The position numbers and the translations under genes were made by a program. Shown in pieces: positions 1-10,892 of a DNA stretch of 39,470 nt (the first letter of the stretch is position 1; every line of letters begins with the position of its first letter). The notes under the pieces were generated by a model. The model searched no databases. It saw nothing but the letters and a program-made list of their open reading frames with translations, and had not been told where the DNA came from. The stretch comes from an uncultured Gammaproteobacteria bacterium (GTDB taxonomy: Bacteria > Patescibacteriota > Microgenomatia > Levybacterales > UBA12049), in NCBI GenBank assembly GCA_964460145.1, contig CAYWPH010000002.1, forward strand, positions 1 to 39,470, given 5' to 3'.

Positions 1-708
1 GGTTCAAAAGATTTACCTAAGTATAAGGTTGAAGTAAAAAACATCAACTCATTTAATTTTGTTGAAAAAGCTATAAATTATGAGATAGAAAGACAGCTGG
101 AAATGCTGCAAAAGAATGAAACTCCAACGCAGGAAACAAGAGGATGGGACGAGAATAAACAAAAAACAGTAACTCAAAGAGTAAAAGAAGAAGCAAATGA
201 CTATAGATACTTCCCAGAACCTGATATTCCCCCGATCAGATGGAAAGAGTCTGAAATAGATAAATTAAAAGAAAGTTTGCCCGAACTTCCTGATGAAAAA
301 CTTGTAAGATTTGTTAAGGAATATAATCTTTCAGCTTATGACGTGGAAATATTAACCAGAGATATTGACCTTGCTAAATATTTTGAGGAAGCCACTAAAT
401 TGGACACGAATGTAACACCAAAACAAATCGCAAATTACATCATAAACAAAAAAATAAATATAAATGAAATTTTACCTGCAAAGTTAATTGAAGAAATATT
501 ATCCATAAGTAAAATTGAAGAGGTATCGGAAAAAGAGCTAAGGAAAATAATTAAAGAAGTATTATCAAAAAATCCAAAAATTAGCGAGAGTTATAAAAAA
601 GGCAACGAAAACGTTATACAGTTTGCAATAGGTCAAGTAATGTATATCTTAAAGAAAAAAATAGATACAAAAGTTTTAAGAGATTTAATACTAGAGGAGG
701 TTAAATAA
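1..708 (+). CDS. gatB: Asp-tRNA(Asn)/Glu-tRNA(Gln) amidotransferase subunit B, 5'-truncated by the window edge
   Basis: Frame is open from base 1 (GSKDLPKYKVEVKNINSF). GatB motifs VEVKNINSF, QETRGWD, RVKEEANDYRYFPEPDIPP and LPELP are present, with a helical YqeY-like C-terminus. Confidence 0.95.
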   Translation, partial: GSKDLPKYKVEVKNINSFNFVEKAINYEIERQLEMLQKNETPTQETRGWDENKQKTVTQRVKEEANDYRYFPEPDIPPIRWKESEIDKLKESLPELPDEKLVRFVKEYNLSAYDVEILTRDIDLAKYFEEATKLDTNVTPKQIANYIINKKININEILPAKLIEEILSISKIEEVSEKELRKIIKEVLSKNPKISESYKKGNENVIQFAIGQVMYILKKKIDTKVLRDLILEEVK

Positions 709-1440
709 ATGGAACACAGCAGCCCAGAACAAACTTCAACTGATTTAAAGCTTTCCGATTTAAAAAAGGTTCATAAAGAAGCATCTGCAATTGCTTCTGA
801 AATAACCCCAGATTTAGAAGAAGAAAAAAAACCTTCAACATTACATGAAAGAAGAAAGTTAGTGAAAAGAATCTGGGATAAGCTTATTCCAAGAGAAAAA
901 GAACATAAAAAAGAAGTTGTTGAAGCAATTAGAGAGGGAGAAATTGACCCACTAACGCAAATATATAATACAAGAGGGTTTAATCGAAGATTGGTTGAAG
1001 AAGCTGCAAGAATAGAAAGAGCTGCTGTAGCTGGAGAAAATACTGATTCCTGTCTTTTATTTTTTGACGCAAACGGTCTCAAGGGGGTTAATGATGGAGA
1101 AGGAGGACATGCGGCTGGAGACGAGTACTTGCAGAGAATCGCCCTTGCAATTTCCCAAGTTGCAAGACCTACGGATGTAGTAGCTAGAATTGGAGGAGAC
1201 GAATTCGCATTGCTTCTTCCGACAGCTGATTTTGCAGCAGTCAAAGAGCTTTGGGAAAAAAGGCTTTTACCAGAATTACTAAGAAGAGGGGTAAGCGTAT
1301 CGGCAGGAGTGGCTAGGTTTAATCGCAAAAATATAGACGGAAGCAAAAAACAAGCGGATAAAGCAATGTATCAAGCAAAAAAAACATCAAAAGTATACGG
1401 AACGAATGAAATGGTAGTATTTGGAGAAAGAAAAGCTTAA
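709..1440 (+). CDS. Stand-alone GGDEF-domain protein (diguanylate cyclase)
   Basis: DPLTQIYN, FFDANGLKGVND-GHAAGD, RPTD (RxxD I-site), RIGGDEF, SAGVA and ADKAMYQAK motifs. GGAGG at 696-700 lies upstream. Confidence 0.92.
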   Translation: MEHSSPEQTSTDLKLSDLKKVHKEASAIASEITPDLEEEKKPSTLHERRKLVKRIWDKLIPREKEHKKEVVEAIREGEIDPLTQIYNTRGFNRRLVEEAARIERAAVAGENTDSCLLFFDANGLKGVNDGEGGHAAGDEYLQRIALAISQVARPTDVVARIGGDEFALLLPTADFAAVKELWEKRLLPELLRRGVSVSAGVARFNRKNIDGSKKQADKAMYQAKKTSKVYGTNEMVVFGERKA

Positions 1441-4400
1441 TGGCTGATTTTGTACATCTTCACAATCATAGTGAATTTTCACTTTTAGACGGTCTTTCAA
1501 AAATGGAAGACATGGTTTCACGTGTTAAAGAACTAGGAATGAATGCAATCGCCATTACAGATCATGGCAATATGTATGGAACAATCAAATTTTATAAAGA
1601 GTGCGTTCTTCAGGGAATTAAACCGATTATTGGAGCTGAAATTTATATTGCAAAAAGGTCAAGAAAAGATAAAGAAGCCGGTATTGATTCTGACTCAAAC
1701 CATCTTATCCTTCTTGCAAAAGATTTACAGGGGTATAAAAACCTCATGAAGATAATATCTGTTGCAGGACTTGAGGGATATTATTACAAACCAAGAACAG
1801 ATTTAGAATTATTAAAAAAATATCATCAAGGGCTTATTTGTCTTAGTGCCTGCGTAAATGGCTTTGTTACTGAACCGCTTTTAAGAAACCAGGAAAAACT
1901 TGCCGAGGAAAGAGCGATAGCCTTATCTGAGATATTTGGGAAAGACAATTTCTACTTAGAACTCCAAAAACATGTACACATTCCAGATCAGGATATTGTT
2001 AATCCAAAATTAATTGAACTCTCCCAAAAGCTTGGTATTCCGTTAGTTGCTACAAACGATAACCACTATGTAAAACCTGACGACGCAGAGGGACAGGAAG
2101 CACTTTTGTGTATTCAAACACAAACACTGCTTGATGACAAAGACAGAAAACTTTCAATGATAGATTCCCCTGATTTCTATATTAAATCCCCTGAAGAAAT
2201 GACTGGACTTTTTGTCCAAACGCCAGAAGCAATAGAAAACAGTGTAAAAATTGCTAGAGCGTGCAACGTTGAAATTCCGCTTGGCAAGTGGATTATGCCT
2301 ATTTTTGAAGTACCAAAAGGAAAAACTCCAGCTGATGTAATGAAGGAAAAGGTTTCCGAGGGTCTTAAGAAAAGATATAAAAAAATTACAAAAGAAATAC
2401 AAGAAAGAACTGACTATGAACTTTCGGTAATTTTAGGAAAAGGATACGAGACATATATTTTAATTGTCGCTGACTTTGTTGCTTGGGCAAAATCACAAGG
2501 CATTACAGTTGGTCCCGGAAGAGGATCAAACGCAGGCTCAATTGTTTCATATGCACTTGGAATATCTGATATTGATCCTTTGTTTTTCAAGCTTCCTTTT
2601 GAGAGATTTCTAAATCCAATGCGACCATCCCCTCCTGATATTGACCTTGATTTTGCGGATAACAGAAGAGATGAAGTAATTGAATACGTAAGGCAAAAAT
2701 ACGGACGAGATAAAGTTGCCCAGATTATAACTTTTGGAACCATGGAAGCAAGGGGTTCTGTAAGAGATGTTGGAAGAGTATTGGGATATCCTTACGCAAT
2801 TCCTGATCGGATTTCCAAAATGATACCCCTTGGCTGGCAGGGACACGCAATGACAATTGATAAGGCTCTTGAGCAAAGTCCAGAGCTTAAAATAGCCTAT
2901 ACAATGGAGGATGACACAAGAAGACTTCTAACCCTTGCCAGAAAATTAGAAGGCGTAGCAAGACACGCATCAGTCCATGCTGCAGGAGTAGTAATTGCTG
3001 ATAAAGACATTACTGAATACACTCCTTTGCAAAGAGAAGCAAATGGAGACAAAATAATTACCCAGTACGACATGTATTCAATCGGAGCTGATTTTGCAGG
3101 TGTTGGGCTTTTAAAAATTGATTTTTTGGGTCTTCGGAACCTAACCATTATTCAGGAAGCTTTAAGATTTATTGAAGTAAACCAGGGAATTAAAATTGAT
3201 TTTTCGTTAATTTCATTTGAGGATGAAAAAACATATAAACTTCTTTCTTCCGGTGAAACAACCGGAATATTTCAGCTTGAGTCTCCTGGAATGAGAAGAT
3301 ATATAAAAGAATTAAAGCCTACTACTATTTTTGATTTGCAGGCAATGGTTGCTTTATACAGACCGGGTCCTATGGCAAATATTCCTGAGTTTATAAAAAG
3401 GAAAAATAATCCAAAACTGATTAGATACCCGGATCCAAGACTTGAGGATGTTTTAAAAGAATCATATGGAATAATTACTTTTCAAGACGATATGTTACTT
3501 ACCGCTATTAAAGTAGCAGGCTACTCCTGGCTTACCGCAGATAAGCTTAGAAAAGCAGTTGGTAAAAAAATCCCGGCTGAAATGAAAAAAGAACACGATA
3601 ATTTTGTAAACGGGTGCGTTGCAAACAAAATGACTAAAGACAAAGCTGAAAGCCTTTGGATATTATTTGAACCATTTGCAGGCTACGGATTTGGTAAAGC
3701 CCACGCAGCCTGCTATGCTACTATTGCTTTTAGAACTGCCTACCTTAAGGCGCACTTTCCGGCAGAATTTATGACTGCGCTTTTAACTGCTGAATCAAGA
3801 GGCACAACAGGACCAATAAAGAACGAAAAAATCTCCCAGGCAGTAGCTGAGTGTAAAAGACTAAATGTAGAAGTACTTCCCCCTGATATCAATAAATCAG
3901 ACTCTGAATTTGCAATTGAAGATAAAACAAAAATTAGATTTGGACTTTCTGCAATAAAAAACGTCGGAGAGGCAGCAATTAGAAATATTTTGGAAAACAG
4001 AGGAAAAGGACTTTTTAAAACCTTTGAGGATTTTTGCCAAAGAGTAGATCTTTCAACAATCAATAAAAAAACAGTTGAAAGCCTTATTAAGGCAGGAGCG
4101 ATGGATAGTTTTGGAAAAAGAGCAAAACTTTTAATGGATTACCCTGAAATTGTAGATAAAGCTTCTAAGAAGAAAAAAGAAGGAGAAAGCGGACAAGAAA
4201 GTCTTTTTGGAGACGACGACCCGGTTAATACTCCTTCCTTTTCTATGACTTCTCAAGATATTGAAGAATTTTCGCAAAATGAAAAACTTGCTTTTGAAAA
4301 AGAATTTTTAGGCTTTTACCTTACTGCGCATCCTCAAATGAATAACCTTTTACAACTTAAAGCTCAAATTACGCATGAAATAGACGCTCTTGAAGAAGAA

Positions 4401-4673
4401 AGAGAAGAAAAATCAGTAATTGTAGGCGGAATTATTGAAACTATCAGAAGAATATTTACTAAAAAATCAGGCAAGGAAATGGCATTTATAACTATTGGTA
4501 ATGAAAACGGCACTTTGGTTGAATGCGTTGTGTTTCCGAGAGTTTTTGATATGTATAAAAGCATTCTTACAAAGGAAAATGTAGTTTTAATTACAGGAAA
4601 AATCGACTCAAAAAATGACAAACCAGTAATAATTGCAGATAAAATCCATGTTTTTAACAATTTTTCTTCTTGA
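1440..4673 (+). CDS. dnaE: DNA polymerase III alpha subunit
   Basis: PHP domain (HLHNHSEFSLLDG, TDHG), GPGRGS, FERFLNP, catalytic PDIDLD and KIDFLG, clamp-binding-like QESLF, and a C-terminal OB fold. Confidence 0.97.
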   Translation: MADFVHLHNHSEFSLLDGLSKMEDMVSRVKELGMNAIAITDHGNMYGTIKFYKECVLQGIKPIIGAEIYIAKRSRKDKEAGIDSDSNHLILLAKDLQGYKNLMKIISVAGLEGYYYKPRTDLELLKKYHQGLICLSACVNGFVTEPLLRNQEKLAEERAIALSEIFGKDNFYLELQKHVHIPDQDIVNPKLIELSQKLGIPLVATNDNHYVKPDDAEGQEALLCIQTQTLLDDKDRKLSMIDSPDFYIKSPEEMTGLFVQTPEAIENSVKIARACNVEIPLGKWIMPIFEVPKGKTPADVMKEKVSEGLKKRYKKITKEIQERTDYELSVILGKGYETYILIVADFVAWAKSQGITVGPGRGSNAGSIVSYALGISDIDPLFFKLPFERFLNPMRPSPPDIDLDFADNRRDEVIEYVRQKYGRDKVAQIITFGTMEARGSVRDVGRVLGYPYAIPDRISKMIPLGWQGHAMTIDKALEQSPELKIAYTMEDDTRRLLTLARKLEGVARHASVHAAGVVIADKDITEYTPLQREANGDKIITQYDMYSIGADFAGVGLLKIDFLGLRNLTIIQEALRFIEVNQGIKIDFSLISFEDEKTYKLLSSGETTGIFQLESPGMRRYIKELKPTTIFDLQAMVALYRPGPMANIPEFIKRKNNPKLIRYPDPRLEDVLKESYGIITFQDDMLLTAIKVAGYSWLTADKLRKAVGKKIPAEMKKEHDNFVNGCVANKMTKDKAESLWILFEPFAGYGFGKAHAACYATIAFRTAYLKAHFPAEFMTALLTAESRGTTGPIKNEKISQAVAECKRLNVEVLPPDINKSDSEFAIEDKTKIRFGLSAIKNVGEAAIRNILENRGKGLFKTFEDFCQRVDLSTINKKTVESLIKAGAMDSFGKRAKLLMDYPEIVDKASKKKKEGESGQESLFGDDDPVNTPSFSMTSQDIEEFSQNEKLAFEKEFLGFYLTAHPQMNNLLQLKAQITHEIDALEEEREEKSVIVGGIIETIRRIFTKKSGKEMAFITIGNENGTLVECVVFPRVFDMYKSILTKENVVLITGKIDSKNDKPVIIADKIHVFNNFSS

Positions 4674-4698
4674 CGCAAAGCCAATTTACCCGTAAAAT
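4670..4698 (+). promoter_or_regulatory. Sigma70-type promoter of the atp operon
   Basis: TTGACG (4670-4675), 17-nt spacer, TAAAAT (4693-4698). The atpB ATG at 4706 is only 7 nt downstream. Confidence 0.7.
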
Positions 4699-4705
4699 TA
4701 GAGTC

Positions 4706-5444
4706 ATGGTTTCATTTGCAGCAGAGCCTATTTTTAATATTGGCAATTTTGCCGTTACAAATGCATTTTTAGATACTATTTTGGTTGACAGTCTTATCGT
4801 CGGACTTATTGTAGCTGTCAGAAAGCGTTTAAGCCTTGTTCCAGGAAAACTACAAACAATAGTAGAATCTCTTATATCTGAGTTTTACAGCATTACCGAG
4901 TCTGTTGCCGGAAAAAAACGCTCTCAAGATATTTCCATTTTTTATGACTTTTTTTATATTCATATTACTAGCAAATTGGACAGGACTAATTCCAGGAGTT
5001 ACAGCTATCGGGATTAAAGAAGGACACGAATTAATCCCCCTACTTAGACCTGCAACAAGCGACTTTAATGTAACTTTAGGCCTTGCTTTGGTTTCTGTTG
5101 TTGCAACGCATATTCTTAGTATCAAAACTGTTGGAATTGCTGATTATCTTTCCAGGTACTTCTCATTAAATCCGATAAACCTCTTTATCGGATTTTTAGA
5201 AATTATCTCTGAAATTACAAAAATAATTTCTTTGTCTTTTAGACTTTTTGGAAACATTTTTGCAGGAGAAATAGTCTTAGGAACTGTTAGCACAATGTTT
5301 GCCGTTTTATTTCCCCTTCCCTTTTTAATGCTTGAGGTCGTGGTAGGGCTTGTCCAGGCATTAGTTTTTTCAATGTTAACAATGGCATTTATGGCAATTT
5401 TAATGACACCGCATCACATACAAGCTAAGGAGGTGAGTCATTAG
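4706..5444 (+). CDS. atpB: ATP synthase Fo subunit a, frameshifted at an A7 run (4912-4918)
   Basis: The N-part MVSFAAEPIF...VPGKLQTIVE...VAG lies in ORF 4670-5017. The C-part KNALKIFPFF...ANWTGLIPG...RPATSD...SLSFRLFGNIFAGE...VQALVF lies in ORF 4905-5444. Removing one A joins them in frame. Confidence 0.9.
5426..5436 (+). promoter_or_regulatory. Full-length Shine-Dalgarno site of atpE
   Basis: TAAGGAGGTGA is the exact complement of the canonical 16S rRNA 3' tail and sits 7 nt before the GTG start at 5444. Confidence 0.8.
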
Positions 5445-5650
5445 TGGAATTTAGTATTTCCGGAGGTTTAATTATTGCAATCGGAGGACAGATGGCAGCT
5501 TTAGCCATTGGTCTAATTGGCGCGAAAGCTATGGAAGCAATCGGCCGAAATCCAGAAGCATCGGGAAAGATTTTACCAGCAATGCTTTTAGGAATGGCAT
5601 TTGCAGAAGCTATCGCTATCTATTCTTTGATTTTAGCTTTCACAGGTTAA
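5444..5650 (+). CDS. atpE: ATP synthase Fo subunit c
   Basis: Two hydrophobic helices, an RNPEA loop and the ion-binding Glu in FAEAIAIY. GTG start overlaps the atpB TAG. Confidence 0.95.
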   Translation: MEFSISGGLIIAIGGQMAALAIGLIGAKAMEAIGRNPEASGKILPAMLLGMAFAEAIAIYSLILAFTG

Positions 5651-5654
5651 AAAT

Positions 5655-6158
5655 ATGGAATTTTTAAAATCCCTAGGGTTTGATCCAATTATGTTGGGTG
5701 CTCAAATTCTAAATTTTTTAATTATATTTTATCTTTTAAAACGCTTTTTATATAAGCCTGTTATGGATATGGTCAAAAAGCGTGAAGATAAAATTACAGA
5801 GGGACTAAGGAAAGCCCAAGAAGCTGGCCTAACGCTTGAAAATGCGCTAATAGGGGAAAAGAAAATTTTATCTAAGGCTCAGGGTGAGTCTCAAAAGATA
5901 ATTGAGGATGCAAAACTACAAGCTCAAGAACTCTCTTTACAAATGGAAGAAAATGCAAAAGCCAAAACACAAAGATTAATTTCTGATGCAAGGTCTCAAA
6001 TTCAGCAAGAAACAGCTGAAGTTGAAAAAAGAATTTCAGAAAAAACAAGCCTTTTGGCAAGAGAAATTCTTTCTAAATCATTAAGCGGGGTATTTAGCCA
6101 GGATGAGCAGAAAAAAGTAGTTGAAAAAGCTTTAAAAAACATAAAAAAGGCAGATTAA
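5655..6158 (+). CDS. atpF: ATP synthase Fo subunit b
   Basis: N-terminal TM segment QILNFLIIFYLLKRFLYKPV, then KKREDKI and a coiled coil. Expected operon position. Confidence 0.93.
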   Translation: MEFLKSLGFDPIMLGAQILNFLIIFYLLKRFLYKPVMDMVKKREDKITEGLRKAQEAGLTLENALIGEKKILSKAQGESQKIIEDAKLQAQELSLQMEENAKAKTQRLISDARSQIQQETAEVEKRISEKTSLLAREILSKSLSGVFSQDEQKKVVEKALKNIKKAD

Positions 6159-6159
6159 T

Positions 6160-6501
6160 ATGAAACAAATTAAAAAACTGGTTATTGCAAGTTATACAAA
6201 AAATTACTTGGATGAGAAAAAGGTGGCAAAAATAGCAACCTATCTTTCTAAAAGTGAGCTTAGAGAGTATATAAAAGCTCTAAGGGCATTTGAAAGACAA
6301 AATACAGTTGTAGTTACCTTGACAGATGCTAACGAAAAGACAGTTGTAGAAGATTTTTCAAAACTTTTTAAAGATAAAAAAATTGTTATAAAAGAAGATA
6401 AGTCTTTAATCGCAGGAGTAAAAATTGAAGACTTTGATGATGTCTATGAATTTAACCTAAAAGAAAAGATTAACAATATAGTCAGTTTTATTAACCAGTA
6501 A
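6160..6501 (+). CDS. atpH: ATP synthase F1 subunit delta (short form)
   Basis: Lies between atpF and atpA. C-terminal EDKSLIAGVKIE matches the delta D-x-x-LIGG-type motif. Only 113 aa. Confidence 0.8.
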   Translation: MKQIKKLVIASYTKNYLDEKKVAKIATYLSKSELREYIKALRAFERQNTVVVTLTDANEKTVVEDFSKLFKDKKIVIKEDKSLIAGVKIEDFDDVYEFNLKEKINNIVSFINQ

Positions 6502-6503
6502 AT

Positions 6504-8027
6504 ATGCAAAAAGCAGATGAAATAATTAAAAATCTAGAAAAAAAGCTATCCAGCTTTGACGAAAAATTGGAAGTTAAGAATGTAGGAACTGTTGTTAAAA
6601 ATACAGACGGTGTTATTACGGCAACCGGTCTTTCCAAAGCTGTTATGGGAGAGCAGGTTGAGTTTGAAAACGGATCTAGCGGTATAATATTAAACCTTGA
6701 TGAAGATAGCGTCTCAATTATTCTTTTAAATAACGCCGATAGCATAAGTGAAGGAAACAGCGTAAAAACAACAGGAAAACTTTTAAGCATTAACGTGTCT
6801 GAGGATATTTTGGGAAGAGTTGTAAATCCACTTGGACAACCGCTTGATGGAAAAGCAAAAATTAAAAAAGGAAAAGATATGCCACTTGAAAAAATTGCCC
6901 CGGGAGTTGTTGAAAGAGAACCGGTTAATACTCCATTAAAAACTGGAATTAAGGCAATTGATGCTATGATTCCAATCGGAAGAGGACAAAGAGAGTTAAT
7001 TATCGGAGACAGGGGTACAGGAAAAACAGCTGTTGCAATTGATACAATTATTAACCAAAAACAAACACATGCAAAAGGACAAAAACCTGTTTACTGCGTG
7101 TACGTTGCAATCGGACAAAAGCAAAGCACAATCGCCCAGGTTGTTGAAAAACTAAGAGAAACCGATGCGCTTGACTATACAACTGTTGTTGTTGCTTCTG
7201 CTTCAGACCCTGCTTCACTTCTCTACCTTGCTCCTTATGCCGGTGTTGCAATTGCAGAGTATTTCATGGAAAAGGGAGAAGATGTATTAATTATTTACGA
7301 TGATTTAACAAAACACTCCTGGGCATACAGACAGATTACCCTAGTACTTAGAAGACCGGCAGGAAGAGAGGCATATCCCGGAGATATTTTCTACCTTCAT
7401 AGTAGACTTTTGGAAAGAGCTGTAAGAATGAACAAGCAAAACGGAAACGGATCAATAACTGCTCTTCCAGTTATTGAAACACAGGCAAATGATCTCTCAG
7501 CATACATTCCAACTAACGTCATTTCCATTACTGATGGACAGATCTTTTTCCAAACTGATCTTTTTTATAGCGGGATGAGACCGGCTATTGATGCTGGAAA
7601 TTCTGTATCAAGGGTAGGAGGAGCAGCACAAACTCCAACAATGAAATCAGTTGCTGGTAAAATGAGACTTGAAATTGCACAGTTCAATAACTTGGCTGCT
7701 TTTGCACAGTTTGGAAGTGAACTTGACGAAGCTACTTCAAAACAGCTTGAAAGAGGAAAAAGAACAATTGAAATATTAAAACAGTCTCAGTACCAACCTC
7801 TTGCCGAGGCACTTGAGTATTTAAGTATCTGGCTTGCAACAAGTGGAAATTTGGATGATGTAGCACTTGAAAATATTTTGAAATTTGAGAGTCAGTATCA
7901 CGACTTTATGAAAAGAAAATATGTAAAAATAATTGATGAATTAGGCAACGGTCAAAAACCAACTGAGGATTTAATAAAAAGAATTGAAAAAACAGTAATA
8001 GAATTTAAAAAAATGTTTAAGGAATAA
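6504..8027 (+). CDS. atpA: ATP synthase F1 subunit alpha
   Basis: GRGQRELIIGDRGTGKT, RRPAGREAYPGDIFYLHSRLLER and SITDGQ motifs. Confidence 0.98.
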   Translation: MQKADEIIKNLEKKLSSFDEKLEVKNVGTVVKNTDGVITATGLSKAVMGEQVEFENGSSGIILNLDEDSVSIILLNNADSISEGNSVKTTGKLLSINVSEDILGRVVNPLGQPLDGKAKIKKGKDMPLEKIAPGVVEREPVNTPLKTGIKAIDAMIPIGRGQRELIIGDRGTGKTAVAIDTIINQKQTHAKGQKPVYCVYVAIGQKQSTIAQVVEKLRETDALDYTTVVVASASDPASLLYLAPYAGVAIAEYFMEKGEDVLIIYDDLTKHSWAYRQITLVLRRPAGREAYPGDIFYLHSRLLERAVRMNKQNGNGSITALPVIETQANDLSAYIPTNVISITDGQIFFQTDLFYSGMRPAIDAGNSVSRVGGAAQTPTMKSVAGKMRLEIAQFNNLAAFAQFGSELDEATSKQLERGKRTIEILKQSQYQPLAEALEYLSIWLATSGNLDDVALENILKFESQYHDFMKRKYVKIIDELGNGQKPTEDLIKRIEKTVIEFKKMFKE

Positions 8028-8028
8028 T

Positions 8029-10269
<2,241 letters not shown>

Positions 10270-10270
<1 letters not shown>

Positions 10271-10680
10271 TGGCGCTTTTGTTAAAATTAATTACTCCAA
10301 CAGCTACAATACTTAGCGAAGAGGTCGATGAAATAACTCTCCCAACAGTAAATGGCGAGATTTCTATTTTGCCTGGACACGTTGATCTTTTAACAAAGGT
10401 CGTTGCTGGCGAAATGATTATCAAAAAGTCGGGAAAAACACAGGGTTTTGCTATTTTTGGAGGATTTTTGGAAGTTTCTAAAAACCAAGTAAATATCCTA
10501 GCTGATTATGCAGTCAGAGCTGAAGATATTGAGATTGGGAAAGCAAAAGAAGCTTCCGAAAGAGCCCAAAAAGCTATGAAGGAAAAGGTAAGTGAAAAAG
10601 ATTTCAGAATTGCTGATGCCGAACTAAGAAAAGCGCTTCTTGAACTTAAGGTTGCCACAAAACACAAAAAAATGCATTAA
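10270..10680 (+). CDS. atpC: ATP synthase F1 subunit epsilon
   Basis: GEISILPGH and GGFLEV motifs with a helical C-terminal hairpin. Last gene of the operon. Confidence 0.95.
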
Positions 10681-10697
10681 ATAAAATACTCCCTTCC

Positions 10698-10726
10698 TTG
10701 CTCTTTTATCTCTAATTTCATAAAAT
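10698..10726 (+). promoter_or_regulatory. Putative promoter of tRNA-Thr
   Basis: TTGCTC (10698-10703), 17-nt spacer, TAAAAT (10721-10726), 9 nt before the tRNA. Confidence 0.5.
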
Positions 10727-10735
10727 ATGCTTACT

Positions 10736-10807
10736 GCCGAAGTAACTCAGTGGTAGAGTAGCTCTTTCGTAAAGAGCAAGTCGTGAGTTCGAATCTCACC
10801 TTCGGCT
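10736..10807 (+). tRNA. tRNA-Thr(CGT)
   Basis: Cloverleaf: acceptor GCCGAAG/CTTCGGC, D arm ACTC/GAGT, anticodon arm GCTCT-TT CGT AA-AGAGC, T arm GTGAG-TTCGAAT-CTCAC. CCA is not encoded. Confidence 0.97.
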
Positions 10808-10809
10808 CA

Positions 10810-10886
10810 AAGGGCGGCTCCCTTAATAGACTAGGCTGACCTAGTGCATCCTTGATTAAGGCATACAGGGGGCGAAACCTTAATCA
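10810..10886 (+). ncRNA. Candidate structured RNA between tRNA-Thr and the next gene (family not recognised)
   Basis: GC-rich spacer with stems GCTCCCT/AGGGGGC, ACTAGG/CCTAGT, CCTT/AAGG and an alternative TGATTAAGG/CCTTAATCA helix. Confidence 0.4.
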
Positions 10887-10892
10887 CTATTT

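Noticed and set aside
771-1346. 191-aa antisense ORF, and the other short antisense or nested ORFs in the track (e.g. 8956-9390, 28625-29038, 31200-31595, 34732-35190)
   Set aside because: They lie inside well-supported genes and show no motifs of their own. They are shadow ORFs.
1514-1529. GTTTCACGTG, resembling a parS half-site, inside dnaE
   Set aside because: The second arm is not palindromic (GTTAA instead of GAAAC), and the sequence is explained by coding.
4670-4705. TTG start for atpB given by the ORF track
   Set aside because: This TTG is part of the -35 box and overlaps the dnaE stop. The ATG at 4706 fits the promoter better.
10810-10886. Assignment of the tRNA trailer as a hammerhead, HDV/theta or twister ribozyme, a yybP-ykoY or FMN riboswitch, or a tmRNA 5' end
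   Set aside because: Only fragments match (CTGA...CGAAA, GCGAA, AGGGCGG, GGGGGCG). The required cores (CUGAnGA, nested double pseudoknot, GGAGUAGC, TTCGAC) are missing, so it is left unassigned.
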